A program made the translations under genes and the position numbers. 64,000 bases of DNA. Source: an uncultured Bacteroidota bacterium. GTDB lineage: Bacteria > Bacteroidota > Bacteroidia > Flavobacteriales > Flavobacteriaceae. The stretch spans positions 2,829 to 66,828 of the forward strand of contig CABZJM010000001.1 in NCBI GenBank assembly GCA_902526075.1. Direction: 5' to 3'. This document shows positions 20,112-29,042 of this stretch, piece after piece. The notes beneath the pieces were generated by a model, which saw only the letters and a program-made list of their open reading frames with translations, did not search any database and was not told the DNA's origin. Positions within the stretch are counted from its first letter, which is position 1. Every line of letters starts with the position of its first letter.

Positions 20112-21181
20112 CTTAAAATACTGAGGTTGAATTTCAAAGAAAAAATATTGGAATATAATGCAGTCGAATGATTACCAATATCAGTAAATGCATAATTAAT
20201 TTCAATATTATTCATATTAAACCCAATACCAAAGTTGGGTTGAAAGCTGAGTTTTTCTGACGAATCATATTGTATTTCATTCTGAAAATTACCAATACCT
20301 AATCTTAAATATACTAAATCAATATAACCCAATTCAAAACCCAATGCAGGATTAATACTAGCGATTTCTGTCGAAACTATATCATTAGTTTCTTCAAACA
20401 CAACAAATAGATCAAATGCACCCAACAAACTGTATTGATTGTTAAGCGAAAATTCTTTTGAAACACCAAATTGCAGTTTAGGTAATGTTATTTCTGATTT
20501 TTCTGGAATTTGCTGATTTTGACCTTCAATTGCATCTTGAATGTTGTTCAATCTGTCCTCGTCAAATGACCAGCTATTATAAGTGGTTGTTACATCCCTT
20601 GCCATCAGTCCAAAATTCCAACCATTATTGTTCTTATGCTGAATTCCTAAATCAAATCCAAAACCCCATGAGTTTGCAAAATCTCCAATTATTCTTCTAA
20701 TTATTTTTACGTTTAGGCCATAACTTAAATTTAGAAAATTATTTTTTTTAGCATAGCTAAACAAAAAAGCATAATCTGCAGCAGAAAATAACTCTATTCT
20801 ATTAAAGTCAATATTTCCTTGATTATCGATAAGTTGGGTGGTATCCATTATGTCATCAACTCCAAATCTTATTATAGAAAATCCTATTGCAGATTCATCA
20901 TCTACATTTTTTGCATAAGATATATAGTTGTAATTAGCAATATTTGCAAAATAATTTGAATGCATCAAAGAGATTTCATCTCTTTCAATATTTATTAGAC
21001 CTGCAGGGTTCCAATAAGTTGAATTCACGTCATTAGTAGAGGATACAACTGCATTTGCCATTCCAATTGATCTTGCATCAACACCAATATTCAAAAATTC
21101 GTTTGAATATTTAGATGAACTTTGACTAATTGCAGAAAAGGATATAAAAAATAATAATAGTACTAATATTTTAGTTCTCAT
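20108..21181 (-). CDS. PorV/PorQ-family outer-membrane beta-barrel (T9SS-associated family)
   Basis: 357 aa. Signal peptide, GVDARSIGMANAVVSSTNDVNSTYWNPAGL signature, alternating beta-strand pattern, and an aromatic residue near the C-terminus (FSLKFNLSILR). Confidence 0.6.
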   Translation of the reverse strand: MRTKILVLLLFFISFSAISQSSSKYSNEFLNIGVDARSIGMANAVVSSTNDVNSTYWNPAGLINIERDEISLMHSNYFANIANYNYISYAKNVDDESAIGFSIIRFGVDDIMDTTQLIDNQGNIDFNRIELFSAADYAFLFSYAKKNNFLNLSYGLNVKIIRRIIGDFANSWGFGFDLGIQHKNNNGWNFGLMARDVTTTYNSWSFDEDRLNNIQDAIEGQNQQIPEKSEITLPKLQFGVSKEFSLNNQYSLLGAFDLFVVFEETNDIVSTEIASINPALGFELGYIDLVYLRLGIGNFQNEIQYDSSEKLSFQPNFGIGFNMNNIEINYAFTDIGNHSTALYSNIFSLKFNLSILR

Positions 21182-21280
21182 TTTTATTATAACATGATTA
21201 GGGGTAAGATATTATAATTAAGTAGCAAATTTATAATTAATTTAAAGCTAAATCATTAGTTTTACTACAAATAATTTTTA

Positions 21281-21997
21281 GTGAATTTTAAGTTTTTACC
21301 AAATCTAATCACTCTCTTTAATTTATTTTTAGGTTGTATCATTGTTCTTTTACTAATTGAAAACAATCTTAAGGTAAAACATGTCTTCATAATTTCTGTT
21401 ATATGTTTAATCTTAGATTATTTAGATGGCTATATAGCTAGAAAATTAAATGCAAAATCTGATATTGGAATTCAGCTAGACTCTTTGGCAGATTTGGTCA
21501 GTTTTGGTTTTGTTCCTGGAATATTACTATATAACATGTTTATTGCAGCACCTTCTTCATCTGTGGGTTCTATTTCATCATCATTTATTCCCTTTTTGGG
21601 GTTTATTGTAACTCTATCCTCAGCTTACAGGCTGGCTCGCTATAACACGAGAAAATCTTCATCAAAATTTTTTAGAGGCTTACCGACCCCAGCCAATTCA
21701 GTTTTAATATATTCTTTTGCGATTATTTCTGCTGAGGGTAATTCATTTTCAATTATAATTCTTGATTACAATGTTTTAATGTTAATTGTAATAGTTTCAA
21801 GTATTCTACTAGTTTCAAATTTAAAACTATTAAATTTTAGAATTAAATCACTTAAGTTTAAAGGTAATAGGAGAAGGTTTTTTATAATCTTTATCTCAAT
21901 ACCTTCTCTAATTATTTTTGGTATTTATGCTATTCCCTTGGTAATTTCAGTCTATATTTTAACCTCGATATTTACCTTCTATAAATTGAAGAATTAA
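21281..21997 (+). CDS. pssA: CDP-diacylglycerol--serine O-phosphatidyltransferase (CDP-alcohol phosphatidyltransferase family)
   Basis: Motif DYLDGYIARKLNAKSDIGIQLDSLADLVSFG (D.xDGxxAR...G...D...D). GTG start. Confidence 0.8.
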   Translation: MNFKFLPNLITLFNLFLGCIIVLLLIENNLKVKHVFIISVICLILDYLDGYIARKLNAKSDIGIQLDSLADLVSFGFVPGILLYNMFIAAPSSSVGSISSSFIPFLGFIVTLSSAYRLARYNTRKSSSKFFRGLPTPANSVLIYSFAIISAEGNSFSIIILDYNVLMLIVIVSSILLVSNLKLLNFRIKSLKFKGNRRRFFIIFISIPSLIIFGIYAIPLVISVYILTSIFTFYKLKN

Positions 21998-22728
21998 ATT
22001 GTCTTTTTTCTTAATTCAAAATTTTGCCCAAGATAAACCTTTCTTACTAGTTCATCATTGGCTAATTCCTCTGGCTTACCGTCTTTTAAAATACTGCCCT
22101 CAAACATGAGGTATGTCCTATCGGTTATTGCAAGTGTCTCTTGAACATTATGGTCAGTAATTAGTATTCCAATATTTCTTTTGGTTAAGTCTCGAACAAT
22201 TTTTTGAATATCTTCAACAGCAAGAGGATCAACTCCAGCAAATGGCTCATCTAGTAAAATAAAGCTGGGGCTAGTTGCAAGTGCTCTGGCAATTTCAGTT
22301 CTTCTTCTTTCCCCACCTGAAAGTAAATCACCACGTCTCTTTCTTATAGCTTTTAAACCAAACTCATGCAATAATGATTCAACTTTATAGTGTTGTTCTT
22401 TTTTTGTGAGATTGGTCATTTCCAATACACTATGTATATTGTCTTCAACACTCATTTTTCTGAAAACAGACGATTCTTGAGCCAAATATCCAATACCATT
22501 TTTAGCTCTTTTATACATGGGGAAACGTGTAATATCTTTGTCATCTAAAAATATTGAACCAGAATTAGGTTTTATTAAACCAACAATCATATAAAAAGAA
22601 GTAGTTTTTCCAGCACCATTAGGGCCTAATAACCCAACAATTTCTCCTTGTTTAAGGTTCAAGGAAACGTCATTTACAACACTTTTGCCGCTGTAGGTTT
22701 TAATTAAGTTGTCTGCTTTTAAGATCAT
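21994..22728 (-). CDS. lptB: LPS export ABC transporter ATP-binding protein
   Basis: 244 aa. GPNGAGKTT, LSGGERRR, ILLDEPFAGVDP, and an LptB-like C-terminal tail. Confidence 0.9.
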   Translation of the reverse strand: MILKADNLIKTYSGKSVVNDVSLNLKQGEIVGLLGPNGAGKTTSFYMIVGLIKPNSGSIFLDDKDITRFPMYKRAKNGIGYLAQESSVFRKMSVEDNIHSVLEMTNLTKKEQHYKVESLLHEFGLKAIRKRRGDLLSGGERRRTEIARALATSPSFILLDEPFAGVDPLAVEDIQKIVRDLTKRNIGILITDHNVQETLAITDRTYLMFEGSILKDGKPEELANDELVRKVYLGQNFELRKKTI

Positions 22729-23531
22729 TTAGCTTGATTTTTAACAACAATTTTTGAAATAAATATACTTACTTGGTATAATACAACAATCGGTATGGCA
22801 ACAATAATTTGGCTTGCAACGTCTGGCGGTGTTATAATTGCTGCTAAAACTAAAACTAACACGAGTGCGTATTTTCTGTATTTAACAAGAGATTCTGGTG
22901 TAACCACTCCCGCTTTAGTCAAAAAGTATATTATGATTGGTAATTCAAAAATTATTCCCGAAGCTATAGCAGAGGATCTTACTAAACCTATAAAAGAACC
23001 TAAATCAATCTCATTAAGTACCTGACTAGAAACTTGATAAGTGCCTAGGAAGTTAATTGACAATGGAGAAATTATATAATATCCGAATAATACACCAATG
23101 AAAAACAACAATGATGATATAAAAATAAAACCCCTTGATTTAGCTTTTTCCTTTTCAAGTAAACCGGGACTAATAAATTTCCATAACTCATATAGAATGT
23201 AGGGAAATGATATTATGAAACCTGAAATTATTGATGTCATAACATGAGCAGAAAATTGTCCTGCCATAGTCCTATTTTGAACTATGAAAGGAAATTCATC
23301 CCCGCAGAAAGTTGTTTCAACTCCTATGAATGTTGCAGCTTGACACAAAAACTTATATGTGGGAAAATCCATTTTTTTTGGTCCAAAAATTATTGTATCA
23401 AAGATGAAATCTTTCATTAAAAAGCAAATAAATCCAGCAGAAATAATTACTATTAGTGAACGAATAATATGCCATCTTAATTCTTCAAGATGCTCTAAAA
23501 AAGACATGTTATCATGACTTGAACTATCCAT
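22725..23531 (-). CDS. tatC: Twin-arginine translocase subunit TatC
   Basis: 268 aa. SFLEHLEELRWHIIRS N-terminus and a six-TM profile. Confidence 0.9.
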   Translation of the reverse strand: MDSSSHDNMSFLEHLEELRWHIIRSLIVIISAGFICFLMKDFIFDTIIFGPKKMDFPTYKFLCQAATFIGVETTFCGDEFPFIVQNRTMAGQFSAHVMTSIISGFIISFPYILYELWKFISPGLLEKEKAKSRGFIFISSLLFFIGVLFGYYIISPLSINFLGTYQVSSQVLNEIDLGSFIGLVRSSAIASGIIFELPIIIYFLTKAGVVTPESLVKYRKYALVLVLVLAAIITPPDVASQIIVAIPIVVLYQVSIFISKIVVKNQAK

Positions 23532-24526
23532 TATGAGATACCTTCCTTAATTAGACTTTGTATATGAATTACTCCAAAGTATGAGTTGTTATTAGTGACA
23601 ATTAGTTGAGAGATTTTATTTTTTTTCATTATTTCCAAGGCCTCTGATGCCAAGCATTCCGAATCAATAATTTGAGGGTTAGTAGACATTATGTCCTTGG
23701 CTTTTAATTTTGAAATTTCATGGTTATTTAACAAGGTTCTTCTCAAATCACCATCAGTTATAACCCCCACTATTGTATCTCTGGAAAAAACTGGTGTGAT
23801 TCCAAGCATTTTATTACTTATTTCTATAATCACATCTTTAATATCGTCATCTATCGAAACCTTTGGTTTTATATTCTTATCGATTAAATCATTCACTTTT
23901 AAATATAATTTTTTCCCAAGACTTCCACCAGGGTGAAATTTTGCAAAATCATTGGAAGTAAAACCTTTAATTTTGACAAGTGTAGCAGCAATAGCATCCC
24001 CTATAACTAATTGTGCGGTTGTACTATTAGTGGGTGCTAAATTATTCGGGCATATCTCTACATCAACATGACTATTTAAAACCACTGATGAATTTTTTGC
24101 GAGTGATGAATTAATGTCTCCGGTAATTGCAATCAATGGATTTTTTGTCATTTTCAAAAAAGGAACTAAATCCATTATTTCTGCTGTGTTTCCGCTTTTT
24201 GAAATGCAAATTATAACATCATCTTTTTTTATAATTCCAAGATCACCATGAATTGCATCAGCTGCATGCATAAAAATTGATGGTGTTCCTGTTGAATTTA
24301 ATGTGGCAACAATCTTGTTGGCTATGATCGCACTTTTACCTATGCCAGTTACAACAACTCTTCCATCTGAGTCAAGGATTAAGTTTATAGCTGTCTCAAA
24401 GTTTTTATCAACTAGTTCAACAAGGTTTCTTATGCTCTCAGACTGAAGCTTTATTACTTCCTTTCCAAATTCTATTATGTTTGTTTTGCTCAAATTGGAA
24501 TGATTATATATAATGCAAAAAAACAA
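23531..24526 (-). CDS. kdsD: KpsF/GutQ-family arabinose-5-phosphate isomerase (SIS plus tandem CBS domains)
   Basis: SIS motif VVVTGIGKSAIIANK with tandem C-terminal CBS repeats. The start is uncertain: TTG at 24526, or an in-frame TTG at 24493. Confidence 0.85.
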   Translation of the reverse strand: MFFCIIYNHSNLSKTNIIEFGKEVIKLQSESIRNLVELVDKNFETAINLILDSDGRVVVTGIGKSAIIANKIVATLNSTGTPSIFMHAADAIHGDLGIIKKDDVIICISKSGNTAEIMDLVPFLKMTKNPLIAITGDINSSLAKNSSVVLNSHVDVEICPNNLAPTNSTTAQLVIGDAIAATLVKIKGFTSNDFAKFHPGGSLGKKLYLKVNDLIDKNIKPKVSIDDDIKDVIIEISNKMLGITPVFSRDTIVGVITDGDLRRTLLNNHEISKLKAKDIMSTNPQIIDSECLASEALEIMKKNKISQLIVTNNNSYFGVIHIQSLIKEGIS

Positions 24527-24603
24527 AAATTTTATTAAAGAATTTCTTAAATCAAAAAAGATTGTTTTAACTTAAAGTTACCTTATATTATTCATTCAAT
24601 TAA

Positions 24604-26790
24604 ATGGACTATGATAAACCGATTTTAGCCTGTCTTCAAAATACTTTTGGATTTAAAGATTTCAAGGGTAACCAAAAGGAAGTAATTCTAAATATTTTAA
24701 ATAAAAAAAACACCTTTGTTATTATGCCTACTGGTGGTGGTAAATCACTATGTTATCAGTTACCAGCATTGTTGTTGGAAGGTACAGTAATTGTAATATC
24801 TCCATTAATTGCTTTAATGAAGAATCAAGTTGACGCAGTGAGAGGTTTTTCAGAAGAAAATAGTATTGCACATGTATTAAATTCATCACTAACCACAGAT
24901 GAGGTTAATCAAGTCAAAGATGATGTAAAAAATAATAAAACTAAGCTTTTATATTTAGCTCCTGAGTCCCTAGCGAAATCCGGAAATATTGATTTTTTAA
25001 AATCTGTGAAAATTTCATTTTTAGCTATTGATGAAGCTCATTGCATAAGCGAATGGGGACATGACTTTAGACCAGAATACAGAAATATCAGAAGTATAAT
25101 AAATAAAATTGATGATTCTCTTCCTGTAATAGCATTAACTGCAACTGCTACTCCAAAAGTTCAGTCTGATATATTAAAAAATATTGAAATTACTGATGCT
25201 ATTATTTTTAAATCATCATTTAATAGACCGAACTTATTTTATGAAGTAAGACCAAAAACAGAACAAACAAATAATGATTTGATAAAATTTATAAAAGCTA
25301 GGACCGGTAAATCAGGCATAATTTATTGTTTGAGTAGAAAAAAAGTAGAAGAAATTTCTGAATTATTAATTTTAAACAATATTAAATCTGTTCCTTATCA
25401 TGCTGGGTTAGATTCTAAAACAAGAAATCAAAATCAAGATGCTTTTTTGATGGAGGATCTTGATGTTGTTGTTGCAACAATAGCTTTTGGAATGGGTATA
25501 GATAAACCTGATATAAGATTTGTAATCCATTATGATATTGCTAAAAGCCTTGAAGGATATTATCAAGAAACAGGGAGAGCGGGTAGAGATGGCGGTGAAG
25601 GACACTGTTTAGCATATTATTCTTACAAGGATATTGAAAAACTAGAGAAGTTTTTAGAATCTAAAAATAAAGCTGAAAAAGCTATTGCTTCATTGCATCT
25701 AGAGGAAGTCGTTGCATATTGTCAAACACCATTAAGTAGAAGACAATATTTGTTAAATTATTTTGGTGAATACTTTGATTCTGAAACCGGGGAGGGGAGA
25801 TTAATGGATGATAATATGCAAAACCCTAAAAATAAAATTAATGTTAAAGAACAGTTAGTTCTAATTCTAAATTTAATTTTAGAAACAAAATCAATTTACA
25901 AACAAAAAGATATTGTTAATATTTTGATTGGAAAAAATAGTGCACTTCTTGTATCACATAATATTAAAAACAATAAATATTTTGGATCTGGAAAATCAAA
26001 TGATGAATACTTTTGGAATATTTTATTATGGTATTTAAGAGTTGAAAATATGATTTCAAAAAAGATCGAAAATTTTGGCTCACTTTCCATCACAGAAAAA
26101 GGAATAAAATATTTAAATAAACCAACAGAATTATCAATCCCTGAAATTGAAAATAAAGCTGATTTTAAAGAATCACCAGCTATAACTCCTACTGAATCAG
26201 GAGATCTTAATTTGCTTAATAAGTTAAAGAACCTAAGAAAAAAAATTGCAGATATAAAATCAATACCACCTTATGTGATCTTTCAAGACCCTTCTTTGGT
26301 TGAAATGTCAATAAGATATCCGTTAAAATTTGAGGAATTATCATCAATTTTTGGAGTAGGAGAGGGAAAATCAAAAAAATATGGAAGAGAATTTTTAGAA
26401 CTAATCTCAGAACATGTTGAGCAAAACAATATTACAAGGCCTGATGATTTAGTGGTAAAATCTGCTGGAAAAAATTCGTCTTTAAAACTATTTATAATTC
26501 AGAGTATTGATCGCAAGTTATCAATAGAAGATATAGCTCAGTCTAAATCAATGGATTTATCAGAATTAATTTCAGAGATGGAAACAATAATTTACTCTGG
26601 AACAAAACTTGACATCTCATATTGTATTAATGATTATTTAGATGAAGATCAGCAGGGTGAATTATATGACTATTTCATTGAATCAGAGTCAGATGATATA
26701 GAGATGGCATTGGAGGAGTTTGACAGTGAATATGATGAGTTTGAACTAAAACTTTTTAGGATTAAATTTTTAAGTGATTTGGCCAATTAA
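24604..26790 (+). CDS. recQ: ATP-dependent DNA helicase RecQ
   Basis: 728 aa. FGFKDFKGNQKEVI, MPTGGGKSLCYQLPA, DEAHCISEWGHDFRPEY, QETGRAGRDG, plus a C-terminal HRDC-like region. Confidence 0.95.
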   Translation: MDYDKPILACLQNTFGFKDFKGNQKEVILNILNKKNTFVIMPTGGGKSLCYQLPALLLEGTVIVISPLIALMKNQVDAVRGFSEENSIAHVLNSSLTTDEVNQVKDDVKNNKTKLLYLAPESLAKSGNIDFLKSVKISFLAIDEAHCISEWGHDFRPEYRNIRSIINKIDDSLPVIALTATATPKVQSDILKNIEITDAIIFKSSFNRPNLFYEVRPKTEQTNNDLIKFIKARTGKSGIIYCLSRKKVEEISELLILNNIKSVPYHAGLDSKTRNQNQDAFLMEDLDVVVATIAFGMGIDKPDIRFVIHYDIAKSLEGYYQETGRAGRDGGEGHCLAYYSYKDIEKLEKFLESKNKAEKAIASLHLEEVVAYCQTPLSRRQYLLNYFGEYFDSETGEGRLMDDNMQNPKNKINVKEQLVLILNLILETKSIYKQKDIVNILIGKNSALLVSHNIKNNKYFGSGKSNDEYFWNILLWYLRVENMISKKIENFGSLSITEKGIKYLNKPTELSIPEIENKADFKESPAITPTESGDLNLLNKLKNLRKKIADIKSIPPYVIFQDPSLVEMSIRYPLKFEELSSIFGVGEGKSKKYGREFLELISEHVEQNNITRPDDLVVKSAGKNSSLKLFIIQSIDRKLSIEDIAQSKSMDLSELISEMETIIYSGTKLDISYCINDYLDEDQQGELYDYFIESESDDIEMALEEFDSEYDEFELKLFRIKFLSDLAN

Positions 26791-26833
26791 TTATACCATT
26801 ATTATTAATATATTCGCAAAAAAAACTTAGATT

Positions 26834-27763
26834 ATGAATGGCTTATTTACAACTATTTCTACATCAAAAGGCGAAATAAAGATTGAGTTAGAATTTGAAA
26901 AAACACCAGGAACCGTTGGTAATTTTGTTGGTTTATCCTTAGGCTTAATTAATAATTCGATTAAACCCTTAGGTGAAGCATATTACGATGGACTAAAATT
27001 TCACAGAGTAATTAATGATTTTATGATTCAAGCTGGATGCCCTCTAGGAACTGGTAGTGGTGACCCTGGGTATAAGTTTGATGATGAATTTCATAGTGAG
27101 CTTAAGCATGATCGTCCTGGGGTTATTTCCATGGCAAATGCAGGGCCATCAACAAATGGAAGTCAGTTTTTTATAACTCATATTGAAACCCCTTGGTTAG
27201 ATAATAAACATACCGTATTTGGAAATGTTATAGATGGAATGGATGTAGTTAATTCTATTTCGCAAAATGATGAAATAATTTCTGTCAAAATTAATGCTGT
27301 TGGTGATAAGGCTAAAGCTTTTGATGCCGCAAAAGCTTTTGAAGACTTTAATAAAACAAAAGCTGATAGAATTAAAAAGGAAAAGGAAAATGAGCTTAAG
27401 ATTCTGAAAGATCTTTCAAAAGGTTTTTCAAAAACTTCTTCTGGATTGCTATATAAGTTTGAAAAAGAAAATAATTCCCATAAACCCTCAAATGGAAATA
27501 AGGTTAAGGTTCACTACAAAGGAATGTTACTTGATGGAACTGTATTCGATTCCTCTTTTAAAAGAAATCAGCCTATTGAATTTACATTAGGTGTAGGACA
27601 GGTAATAAAAGGCTGGGATGAAGGTATTTCATTGCTTGGTATTGGAGATAAGGCAAGTTTTATAATACCAAGTGATTTAGCTTATGGTGTATCTGGTGCA
27701 GGTGGAGTTATTCCTGCTAATGCTACCTTAGTTTTTGAAGTTGAGCTCATTTCAGTTGAATAA
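26834..27763 (+). CDS. Dual-domain peptidyl-prolyl isomerase: N-terminal cyclophilin fused to C-terminal FKBP
   Basis: Cyclophilin motifs [15 protein letters not shown] and [17 protein letters not shown]. After a Lys/Glu-rich linker come FKBP motifs [30 protein letters not shown] and [10 protein letters not shown]. Confidence 0.85.
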   Translation: MNGLFTTISTSKGEIKIELEFEKTPGTVGNFVGLSLGLINNSIKPLGEAYYDGLKFHRVINDFMIQAGCPLGTGSGDPGYKFDDEFHSELKHDRPGVISMANAGPSTNGSQFFITHIETPWLDNKHTVFGNVIDGMDVVNSISQNDEIISVKINAVGDKAKAFDAAKAFEDFNKTKADRIKKEKENELKILKDLSKGFSKTSSGLLYKFEKENNSHKPSNGNKVKVHYKGMLLDGTVFDSSFKRNQPIEFTLGVGQVIKGWDEGISLLGIGDKASFIIPSDLAYGVSGAGGVIPANATLVFEVELISVE

Positions 27764-28318
27764 TTATTTCCATTTAATATTACACCCAATACTTGGTTTT
27801 TGAATTCTGTTATTTTCATTATCGGAAAGCAAACAATTAATAGCATAATCTAAATCTTCTCCATTGCATTCAATTCCATTGCCAGGTCTGGAGTTGTCAA
27901 GTTGTCCCCTGTATGTTAGCTTTAATTCTCGATCATATAAATAAAAATCTGGTGTGCATGCGGCATCATATTTTTTTGCGATTTCCTGAGATTCGTCGTA
28001 GAGATATGGGAATGTGAAATTATTCTCAAATGCATTAACCTTCATTAATTCAGGACTGTCTTCAGGATAATTAATTATATCATTACTAGAAATCCCGATA
28101 AAATTTATGTCATTATTTTTAAACTTATTAGATAGATTTACTATCGTTTTGTTTACATGTTTTACATAAGGACAATGGTTACAAATAAACATAATAACGG
28201 AACCATTTTTTCCTTTTAATTCGTTGAGGTTTTTTTGTTCTTCACTTATTACATCATAAAGTGAAAAATCTGGAGCCTTTGTTCCAAGGCTAACCATATT
28301 TGACGGAGTTCTTGCCAT
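27764..28318 (-). CDS. Thioredoxin-fold thiol-disulfide oxidoreductase (AhpC/TSA-like)
   Basis: 184 aa. APDFSL...GSVIMFICNHCPYVKH redox motif. Confidence 0.7.
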   Translation of the reverse strand: MARTPSNMVSLGTKAPDFSLYDVISEEQKNLNELKGKNGSVIMFICNHCPYVKHVNKTIVNLSNKFKNNDINFIGISSNDIINYPEDSPELMKVNAFENNFTFPYLYDESQEIAKKYDAACTPDFYLYDRELKLTYRGQLDNSRPGNGIECNGEDLDYAINCLLSDNENNRIQKPSIGCNIKWK

Positions 28319-28362
28319 TTTTTTTTAAAATATTTAGTTGTAATTTTACGAAAAATAATTTT

Positions 28363-28710
28363 ATGAAACCACACAAAATAAGCTTTGTTAATGCAGTTAT
28401 ACTAATTTCTTTTGGTCTTTGGGGCTATATTGATGTAGAATATTCTCCTACAGCCTTAATTCCAGTAGTTTTTGGTATTATAATTTTAGTTTTAAATTCT
28501 GGATTAAAGAAAGAAAATAAATTGATTGCCCATGTTGTTATATTATTAACTTTTTTAATCCTGTTTGGTCTCGTTAAGCCTCTAATGAGCGCTATTGAGG
28601 GTGATAGAATAATGGGAATAATAAGGATTTGTATAATGATGTTATCAACTTTAATGGCATTATTTGTATTTGTTAAGAGTTTTATAGCAAATAGATCTAA
28701 AAAAAGTTGA
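28363..28710 (+). CDS. Small integral membrane protein, unknown function
   Basis: Four hydrophobic segments. I start at ATG 28363 (MKPHKISF) because the track start 28300 overlaps the divergent thioredoxin-like gene. Confidence 0.45.
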   Translation: MKPHKISFVNAVILISFGLWGYIDVEYSPTALIPVVFGIIILVLNSGLKKENKLIAHVVILLTFLILFGLVKPLMSAIEGDRIMGIIRICIMMLSTLMALFVFVKSFIANRSKKS

Positions 28711-28711
28711 T

Positions 28712-29041
28712 TTGGATAATTTATTTAAATCCTCTAAAGATTTAGATATAAGGGTTGGATCCATTATTCATGCTGAGCTTTTTAAAGAGGCCATTAATCT
28801 ATTGTATAAATTAAAAATTAATTTTGGAGATTTAGGTATTTTAAAATCATCTGCACAAATTACAAAAAATTATACTACAGAAATGTTGGTTAATTTTCAG
28901 ACTATCGCTACGGTAAACTTTCCTAAAAAACAAATAGCCAACTTCATCAGTGAATGTTAAGTTTTTGGAGTTGTTCAATGTGATTCAGTGGTTTTAATTA
29001 CTCCAAATAATAAAATAGCTAATAGTCTAAAGATAGCATAA
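28712..29041 (+). pseudogene. CsaA/YgjH-like tRNA-binding (OB-fold) protein gene interrupted by an in-frame TAA at 28958-28960
   Basis: The 82 aa ORF (DIRVGSIIHAE...SSAQITKNYT...ATVNFPKKQIANFISEC) stops where CsaA homologs continue SEVLVLG. The same frame continues VFGVVQCDSVVLITPNNKIANSLKIA to a second stop at 29039-29041. This matches the homologous tail ..VLG...DVVLL.P...V.NG.KI. The start is TTG. Confidence 0.6.
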
Positions 29042-29042
29042 C

